DNA of 64,000 nucleotides, taken from NCBI RefSeq assembly GCF_026210795.1, contig NC_089434.1:4526001-4590000 (forward strand), given 5' to 3'. Under the pieces are notes generated by a model. It searched no databases. It was given only the letters and a program-made list of their open reading frames with translations, and was not told the DNA's origin. The position numbers were made by a program, and so were the translations under genes. Source of the DNA: Rhizophagus irregularis (taxonomy: Eukaryota). Positions 55,157 through 64,000 of this stretch are shown piece by piece (within the stretch, counting starts at the first letter, position 1; every line of letters begins with the position of its first letter).

Positions 55157-56583
55157 TTAATGATTAATAATTAGATTCATTAATTGCTCTCTTTTTCTTT
55201 CTCCTTCTCTTTTCATTACTATTTCATTTTGATTTATATCTTTATCATTATCACTATCATCATCACCATCTTCATCATCATCATTTTCATATAATTCTTC
55301 TACATTATCATTATTTAGTTCTAAAAAATTATGTAAGATGATTGCACATTCAGTAATTTTTACAACAGTAGAAATATCTCTAACATTTAATTCTTTTAAA
55401 GCAATAAATCTGTTCTTTAATCTTCCAATGCATTTTCAACTACTACTCTATGTAAAGAATGAATTACATTAAATTAAATTTGTGAAGGATTTTGAGAATT
55501 TACAAAAGGTTTAATTAAAAAAGTAGATATAGGATATGCCGAGTTTCCAAGTAAATATTCTTCTCCTTTAATAATTTTAGAAACATTTCGATAAAAGTAT
55601 GAATTTTTATAAATCTTAGCATTATGAACTGAGCCAGGCCATCCAATCTCATAATCTATAAACATATCTCTGTAATCTACAATTCCTTGCAATTGTATAG
55701 AATATCTTTTTTTTCTGTTCCAATATGTTTCAGGTTGCTTTAATGGCGCATTTGCTAATACAATGTGACTACCATCTATTGCACCTATAATATCTTCCAT
55801 TTCACCAATATTTTTAAATCCTTCATGTATATTCTGCTTGGCTTCACCTGTTGGCCATTTAACCAAAGTTTTTTTTAAAAAAAAAATCGCAATTATTACT
55901 CTTTTACAGTATAAATAAACGGTTTCTTCTGCAATTCCAAATCTTGAACATAATTCAAATATATCTTCTTTAGAACTAATTCTTCTCAAAAAAATTGCAA
56001 GTTGTAATTCAATAGGAACTTGTAAATGATTACTATTATTTTGAAAAATTGGATGAGTAATTAATAGGGAAACAAGCTTTTGAAAATTTATAGAGTTCAT
56101 TCTAATGATTTTTTTAAATCTACAGTTTTCATATTTTGGTAAAATATAGTGTTTTGATCCAGATAAAATCTTAAATATTTTAAATGAGATTATTGCCGAA
56201 AAAAGATTGTAAATCTCAGTTCTGAATAGACTATAATTTCGACCAGAATATTTAATATATTATGAATCAAAAAATTGGTAATTCTGATAGTTCCATCCTG
56301 AATTAACCGAAACGGATATCGGATAAAAACCGGATAAAACCGCTTCGGATCCAAACACTAGTAAAATATAATTGTACCAATCTTTTGATTTTGCTACATG
56401 ATAAGATCTTTGCTCTAAATATCTTATTCCAAGTAATGAGATTAGTCCAAGCATTACCAAATCATCCTCTTCTTCTTCACTTGAATCACCTTCTTCCTCA
56501 AATAAATCTTCATTTTCCATATCTTGACAAGCTGTAATAACATAAAAAGATAATAATTCCCTTATTTTCTTGTGTTTAGACAT
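55157..56583 (-). pseudogene. Harbinger DDE transposase (HARBI1-like), disrupted
   Basis: GAIDGSHI, YWNRKKRYSIQLQGIVD, GWPGSVHNA, LLGNSAYP, HRVVVENA; a stop after SQI, a frameshift and a MITE insertion. Confidence 0.95.
56147..56360. mobile_element. 214-bp hAT-type MITE with 8-bp TSD
   Basis: GTAAAATA|TAGTGTTTTGATCC ... GGATCCAAACACTA|GTAAAATA; removal restores DWYNYILPKYENCRFKKIIRMNSINF. Confidence 0.92.
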
Positions 56584-58017
56584 TTTAACTGCTGTAAAAT
56601 TTTAATTATACTTTATAAGAATAAAAGTAATGACTACGCGATAACTTTTGTATTCATAGATTAATCAATATATGCGATCAAGCATTTCAATTATGAACAT
56701 TGATTGTGAAATTTAGTGTAACCCGATCAAAAATGCTGATCGAACAATTATGAACTGGCCTTATGTAAAAAATCATCACATTCGTCACACCCCTCAGCAG
56801 TGTTGTACATTTTTGATATTTGCAACTTTTTTTGGTTGTTCTGAACATGTCTGTGCTTTGTCTGTACTCTTCTGTAACTATTTATTTATGCATAATTAGA
56901 TGCTAAACATTTTTGCTAAGTATTGAACAAGATTATCATAGAAAAATTTTGAGGGTTATCATTTCTTTTTTGTGTAACATGTCCTGAACATTGTCCCATG
57001 ACAATACTGCCTTCAGTGTTTTCATTTATCTGAGAGACAGTTTTTTTCGAATTGGTAAAAACTTATTCGTCACACATTATTTGTTACTGCACTATTCACG
57101 TGACAGTGCATAATTCTACATAATGCTAGCCACCAGTAGAACCCTACTTACTTACAGTATAAGATAGGTCACCCTCAGGCCTAAGGTAAAAATCATATAT
57201 AAAATTCTTTGCAGATCCTACTATAAAAGGAAATTTTATGTTACATTGTTATGATTTTTTTCCTTTTTAGCTAATTAACCAATAGAATTTAAGAAAAAGT
57301 AAGGTAAAAACTATTAGTAAAGGGCCAATTTTTTACGGTGATCTTTATTATAAATAAGCGGAGTTCTCCACCAGTATTTTTTTGGGTAACGTTAGGTAGT
57401 TTTTAGATGACCTCTACTTCTGACACCATATTTAATTATTAATCCATTATTCTCCTGATTTCAGAAATATTTAGTAACTATTATAGTATTTCAATTTAAA
57501 TAGAATAGAATATTCTTATATTACTATTATAATGATAAATTTATTTAGTTGGAATCTATAAGCTATCAATTAATATTTACAAAGGAATTGGTCATTCTAT
57601 AGGATATCTTCTGGCTTCCTTTGGTTTTCAAAGGATATATACTGTAAAGACAAATCTTAAAAAGCTAGATTATAATTTTTTTATTAATAAAAATTAATTT
57701 TAAATTTTTTAAAAAAAAACTAATCATATCGACATTTGCATTTTAATGTTTAAGATAAAAAGCATAGGTATACAGTACTTATTATTTTACGCCAATGCGA
57801 TCGCTAACTACAACTTTCTAAACAATTTTTTTGATGGAATAGAATAAGTGCTTGTAAAAATGCTACCTATAAGAATTATTATGAAATGCCAGTTCTACAT
57901 TTGATTACATAACTCGATTTATGCAGTATTAATTGTGAACTCATATTTATGTAGGTTGTTTCTATTGACTTTTTTTATACTGTATTGATTATTTCATTTG
58001 CCAGGATTTTAAATAAA

Positions 58018-58070
58018 TCACGTGATACTTGACCAATTGGAGCATCTGACTATTTATAGAGGCCAATAAA
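58018..58070 (+). promoter_or_regulatory. Putative promoter: TCACGTGA E-box plus CCAAT boxes
   Basis: atcacgtgatacttgaccaattgg...ggccaat within about 85 bp upstream of the ATG at 58103. Confidence 0.5.
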
Positions 58071-58102
58071 AATAAGATCGGGTTTGTGCTTAACCGCGAA
58101 AT

Positions 58103-58783
58103 ATGAATAAGTCCATTATTTCAAAATTTTCCGCTCTTGTCCTAGCAAGACTTTTTAAGCAAACAATCAAAAGAAATTTAACAACTACTCCTCCTCTCCT
58201 TCAAGAAAAGAAAAAGCAATATGGCTATAATTTGGTGAAAAAAATCGAGAGTAAAAGAAAAACTTTTCAAGAGGCAAAAAAGAGAATCTATTATAAGTTT
58301 TTTTGTAAATGTAGAGAAGGGTTCAATTCTTTTCCAGAGTTCTTGGAACATGTAAGAACCTCGCATAAGATCAAAAACTTGGACTTTCAAGAAATCTTGA
58401 CTAAAAAGAATGGAATTGGACGAGGAATTAAATTCTATTGGAGTTTATCTTGTCAGTGCGGTCATAGGTTTTCTTCCTCTTTATGTAATGCTGATTTGAA
58501 AGCAAGAGAGGGACAAATTGAGATACTAAAGAAATATCGCCTTCAATGCTTAAAGTGCAAAGAAGATGCCAAATTTGATGTAGAAGAACTACTAGACGAG
58601 TTTCTAAAAGAAAGATTTAAACAAAAATTAGTTTATAATTTTTATAAGAAAGAATTTGCTGAATTTGAAAATGAAAGAGACAGTGAAAAAATATTAGAAG
58701 GTCATATAGAAACACTTTGTGAAAAATGTAAATTGCTTCGTAGACATTGTGGTAGTGAATCAAGTTATCAAGAACAAATTTAA
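58103..58783 (+). CDS. zf-3CxxC-like zinc-binding protein with C2H2-like finger and putative mitochondrial presequence
   Basis: Intact intronless 226-aa ORF; CQCGHRFSS...LQCLKC...GHIETLCEKC; CKCREGFNSFPEFLEHVRTSH; basic N-terminus with no acidic residue in the first 34 aa. Confidence 0.75.
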   Translation: MNKSIISKFSALVLARLFKQTIKRNLTTTPPLLQEKKKQYGYNLVKKIESKRKTFQEAKKRIYYKFFCKCREGFNSFPEFLEHVRTSHKIKNLDFQEILTKKNGIGRGIKFYWSLSCQCGHRFSSSLCNADLKAREGQIEILKKYRLQCLKCKEDAKFDVEELLDEFLKERFKQKLVYNFYKKEFAEFENERDSEKILEGHIETLCEKCKLLRRHCGSESSYQEQI

Positions 58784-60692
58784 GTTAGTTGAGGTTGTAA
58801 TTTTTAAATTTATCTTATTAAATATTAGATAGCAAGGTCTAAGTTCTTAACTTGGATTTTTTTAATAGTTATATTCTTTAAATTTAGTATTGGCATATAT
58901 TTTATTTTTTTTTTACTTTTTTATGGGAATTTGATGAAATTTGCTGTCAAATGATTAGTGTGAAAATTTTTTTTGTCTCTCGAAGTTGTGCGTACTTGAG
59001 ATACTGCTATAAAAGAAAGATGCGCAGTAAACTCATCAAGAACTATTATGGCGTTTCATAATTAGAGACTCTACTGTGATTGCTGAACTGGAATTTGCAT
59101 GCGTTGATTTTATTTGAAATAGAATTTCTGTTCTAAAGAAGATATGAAAAGTATCGGATTACGTTACGGTTCTGCAGACTGCACTTGAGATTTGCAGTAT
59201 GTGTTAAAATGTATTGTCAATAGAGGTACCGTATATCTTATTATTTTATCATAACAATAAATTAATAGTTGTTACAATAATCTATCTAAAAAATGAAGCT
59301 GATAGTTGAGCAAGATTACTCAAAATAGTCGTCAAGAAAAGCTTGTTGGAATAGAAAATCAATTGAACTCTTTATCGTTAAATAATTCGGAGAAAGAACT
59401 TGCGCGCGTTTTCGCTTTCAAGGTTTCATCAAATAAGAAGAATCAAAAATTGGTTCTGATAGAGGAGTACTTAGAAACTGTTATATTACCGATCATAATT
59501 TGTCATGAACATTTGCGCGCGTTTTCACATTCATGATCAGGTTAAGCTGCATCATATAATATTAATCATAAATCGGTTATTTCTTATCATTGCTCATATT
59601 GACAAGGATTTTTTTATTTGATTTTCTGATAGAGAAGTACAAGTAATGTATTTCGGTACATATTATTTTTTGTCACGAACATTCGATCACTCAATAATTG
59701 CATCGTTCATCAGTTAATCGGCGCAAAATATATTGCGGGGTGTTCGATTTTCTCTATCATTACGGGATGACACCTCGTCGATAACTTTTTAATCATATAT
59801 TTTAAGTTGACAAAACCTCATTGCATAAATCATCCTTTAAGAGTTTAGATAAAACACACAACTACATTACCTCCACTAGTTTAGGTTTTTTCGAAAGATT
59901 TCACCTTTTTGGAGATGACTATTATAGAAAGAAAAAAATGTCTCCTTTTCCTCAGGTTGAACATTGCCGTTGTACAGGTTGAATATCACATACTCTTAAA
60001 AAGTAAAAGTAAATATATTACGTTAGAGCTATTTTGCGTATTCTCTTCAAATTTTAACAAGGCACAGTCGATTCCACGTCTTATTTCTTTCTCTAGTTTT
60101 TCATAGGGTAGTAATTTATTACCCCTTATTACCGGAGTAATACTGGAGTAATGTTATCTGTATTTTCTGATAACACAAAGCTTTCAATACGATCTAATAT
60201 TTCGTTCAAAAGAGACCTGACGTTCATCAGTGACGCGTAAATTTGTGATGATTGGGCACTGAGCTTAAGAAATGATCCAAAAATTGTAAATGATGATCTC
60301 ATGTGATATAAGTGTGACGTTCATGATAAAGAAATTTATTAAATTTACACGATTTAATGCGGACGCTGTTATCAAATTCATAGCACTTTGCCAACTTTTT
60401 GCTTTTACCACAAATTCGGAGAATTGAATTCTTTGAAACAGCTCAATTATAAAAGATTGAAAAAGCCAGTGAAGAAATTAAATAGAACAGTAAGTTGAAG
60501 TAAATCAAATAAAGTTTATGGATTCTAAATATAAAAGCTATTTTAATGGGTTTGATAACAATTTAAGTATTTCATATTAAAAAATTTAACTTACGAAATT
60601 TAAAAAGATTTTTGTATAATAAAATAAAATTTTGAATGTTACAGAAAATTAACCAATCTTATTCACAATTTTATTTTCCCATGAATCATTGC

Positions 60693-62283
60693 TTATAAAC
60701 CTCCAAAAAGAAGGTGGAACTTTGCAATTTTCCCAACCATTTTTCTTGCATTTACTAACAATAAAACAAAATCTTTTCGAATTTTTAAAACAGAAGATGC
60801 TCTAAGTATACTGGTAATAACCGATTTTAATTCTTTCAATAACCTTTTTTCTCCCTTCGAGAATTCGTCATCATTGTCGTTATCATCATTGTCGTTGTCA
60901 TCGTCATCGTCATCGTTATCGTCATTATCGTAGTTATTGTTGAATTTATCATGTAGAAGCGCAAGTTGGATAACAGATCGGTATAAACTAATTGATGCCT
61001 TTCCTGACATTTTATCTAACAAACCCCTCAATAAAATTTTTCTGTTTGCTTCTTCTCTATTGTAAGTTACTTCAAAATTCTGGAAATCTTCAATTTCTAC
61101 TATATCAACAACCTTATTATCATTGAAAAAATCTATAATTCTATTAGCCATTTCATCTTGAGATGCATATTTTTTTTTTAGATCTTTTATTTTTATTACT
61201 AATGTTAAAATCAACATTTTTTCTTTTATTGCGTGATTGAATTTTATCATTGGAAGGCAAGCTTAATTTCAATCCTATAACGAAAATATATCAATAATCA
61301 AAAAAATTAGATAAAGTAAAATAAAAATTTCGAAAATGTAATATCTTACTTTCATTTTCAACAATTGAATCTTCATACATCATTGAAATTCCTATATTGG
61401 TAAATAAATTATTAAATTATTAAATATGAATATTATTAGCAAGACTCTGTCTTACTTTCATAGTCAACTGTAAGACTATTTAATTTATCGGAAAGTGCTG
61501 TATCGATAACAAAATAAATGACGATAATAAAATAAATGAAGTAAATAAATTAAATAAGAAATCATTTGCTGAATAAAAATAAATAACTTACACCCATTAT
61601 CTTTAACTAATTTGCTCAACCGATCAACAAGGATTACAAAAAAATAATCTTGTAAAAAAAAAAAAATGGAGAATACTAGATATATAATTTCTTACGTCTA
61701 TTGTCTTTCTCTAAACCTTTTATTTGCTCACGATACACTAAAAAATTATTTAAAAATTATTTAAAATTTAATAAATTAGAAAAAAGGGGATAAGAATTTT
61801 AATTACTTACCAGCATTATCTTCCTTTGATAATTTTAACTCTGTCACGATATCTAATTATTACGAACTGATTAATATCATAAATTAATAGGCCATTAAAG
61901 TATGTTATTTACCAACCATAATAATCGCCACTATTTATTTTATTTAATTGTTCTTGAGTTTCTAAATAATTATAAAATAAGTAAATTCTATAATGATAAT
62001 ATCAAATATAAATCGATTTTAGATTTAAATCTTACACTTTAATTCAGATTCTAAAAGAGAATATCAAAGATTAAAACTTTTTTTTTTTTCCCAAACCAGC
62101 TTCAGATAAAACATTATCTGATTCTATATTATGAATTATTTCCCAGGATGCATTTTCATTCTTAGCAATAACTTGATGGTTAACAATGGATTTAGTTTTA
62201 GAAATAAAAATATAAGAACCATCATTTTTATTATTTAAATAAGAATAAAGTGTCATTAAATTGCATTTTAATGAAGAATCCAT
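60693..62283 (-). pseudogene. Eight-exon coiled-coil hypothetical gene with 42-nt microexons; apparent lesions
   Basis: Exons 61852-61811, 61737-61696, 61633-61592, 61497-61456 and 61391-61350 are each 42 nt and phase 1; frameshifts in poly-A runs (about 62080 and 61175), an in-frame stop in exon 1 and one AG->AA acceptor. Confidence 0.7.
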
Positions 62284-64000
62284 ATTTGTTTTTTAAATTT
62301 TTGTAATAAACTGTTGCTATTTAAATAAGTTTGGCACAGGCACATAATATTCCTGTTACGTGACAGGAAGTATTTTTCTGTTACAAATATGTAATCTAAA
62401 TATCACATATCATCATGATGTTATACAAAATATTTGTTAAGCATTTATCAAATATTTCAATATTTAATCTAAGCGCTTTTTAAACAAATTTCAATGCAGC
62501 TTGTATTTGGTAAACACAAGTATTGGTAATTCAAATGCATTTATAGAGTATTCAAATTTAATACAATATATATGTTTGATTTAAATAATTAAAATGTGTT
62601 TAACTCAAATAATTAAAATGTAATAAATTCAAATAATAAAATATATTTGGTTACAAATAATTGAATATATATGCTTTTCTATTAGTTTATATATATATAT
62701 ATTATATTTTATAATTTATAGTCATTATTTATTACTTACAATTCTTCATAAATAACCTTTATTTTTGGATGTTTTATAGTGCAACAGCCATTTTTATCGT
62801 GGATATTTTTCCAAATTAAGACGTTATTTGGGTTAATAGCCAATAGTTATATATTTATTTCAAGTAATTGATGATTTTCTTTAATCTGTAATACTGAAAA
62901 AGAAAGAGACTTTACATCTAATTATTGCAAATTTACAGTGATTAGTTAATTTTTTTTCTCTATATTCTTTATATATATTTAATAATTAGTATTATTTTAG
63001 TTAATAAATTTACAAGTTGATTTATAATGAAATTGACAGTACTATTACTGTAAATTAACATCATATAACAAAGTTAGCAAAATTTATAAAGGATTTTTAA
63101 ACTATTTTATTAGTATTTATAGTTGCATGAAATTGCTTATTGAAATTTATGATTTTATGTTAAAAATATTTTAACAATCAATTATTACCATTTTAAAGAA
63201 AAAAAAATTATTACCATATATATAATAGAATTTTCATTTCAGTTAATATTTTTAATCAAAATGTTAAACAGTCTAAGAATGCTAAACTAGGACCCCGGAC
63301 AATTATAATAGAAGTCATATCTGTGATACTAATAAAAATTCAAAAAAATATACATAAATTTAGTCATTTTATTATACATTTTTATCCTATAATCTTTATA
63401 TAATACTAAAATATACTTTTTTATCATATGACCTTAATATATATTTATGTTAAAATTTTATTTTTTTTATTTACAGTATATCAATATCATATATGTTAAT
63501 CATCTTTAAAATAGGGTAAATTTAGATATCACCTCTATATAATGTTTAAATCTAGCAGATTAATAAAATACATACTGTTTTATCAGGTAAAATTTATACT
63601 GTATAATAAAATTTTATGATAACTATGTTATTTACAAGATCAAAATCAATATCAATTTTACAACAAAAAACTATAATTATGTCAAAAATCAAAATAAGTT
63701 GCTAAAGGATTAAGAACGAAAGTTATACTATCAAAGAAGTACAAAATTATTACCAAGATATGAAATCCAAGTACTTTCTAAGCTGAAATTTGGATTTTCC
63801 TAAAAAAAAGAAAGAAAGGAACATTAATGACTATTCAAAATAAAAAAAAAATAAAACAAGTAAAAAAAGCTAATTACCAAAGTCTGAGGTCCTATGATTG
63901 CAAAATTCATGCTAAGATCCATAAAAAAAAGTAAATTAATGATGTTTTAAAATCAAACAAATGCTAAAATGAGAGATATTTATTGCAATTTTAAAATCAA

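Larger units (their letters stand above)
52693..56761. mobile_element. Full-length decayed PIF/Harbinger transposon
   Basis: About 50-bp TIRs AGGCCAGTTCATAATTGTTCGATC.GCAT.TTTGATC.GGTTACACTAAA, 3-bp TSD TAT, convergent Myb/SANT and DDE genes. Confidence 0.95.
51418..57414. mobile_element. Composite non-autonomous DNA element with GAGGTC(G/A)TCTAAA termini and 8-bp TSD; hosts the Harbinger
   Basis: TACTTCTG|GAGGTCGTCTAAA ... TTTAGATGACCTC|TACTTCTG; fused internal ends at 52618-52680. Confidence 0.8.

Noticed and set aside
56260..56583. 107-aa ORF as a separate gene
   Set aside because: N-terminus of the Harbinger transposase running into the hAT MITE

Overview
Very AT-rich, intron-containing eukaryotic DNA. 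The gene and transposon content (F-box, Sel1, Argonaute and PIF1 relics, DUF659-type hAT, DIRS-type recombinase) suggests an arbuscular mycorrhizal fungus (Glomeromycotina); this is an inference from pattern recognition, not a database result. The window is mostly a transposon and pseudogene graveyard. Two genes look intact: a five-coding-exon dual-specificity phosphatase (11123-12119, -) and an intronless 226-aa zf-3CxxC-like protein with a mitochondrial-type presequence (58103-58783, +). A coiled-coil gene built from 42-nt symmetric microexons (60693-62283, -) carries lesions. Relics include two Argonaute pseudogenes, two DIRS-type tyrosine recombinases (one with a single in-frame Sel1 repeat), PIF1, Tc1, hAT, LINE, HDAC and F-box fragments. 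The best resolved structure is 51418-57414: a composite element with an 8-bp TSD containing a full-length decayed PIF/Harbinger, itself hit by three MITEs with intact TSDs. No rRNA, tRNA or CRISPR array was seen. Relic boundaries are approximate; TSD and TIR coordinates were read directly.
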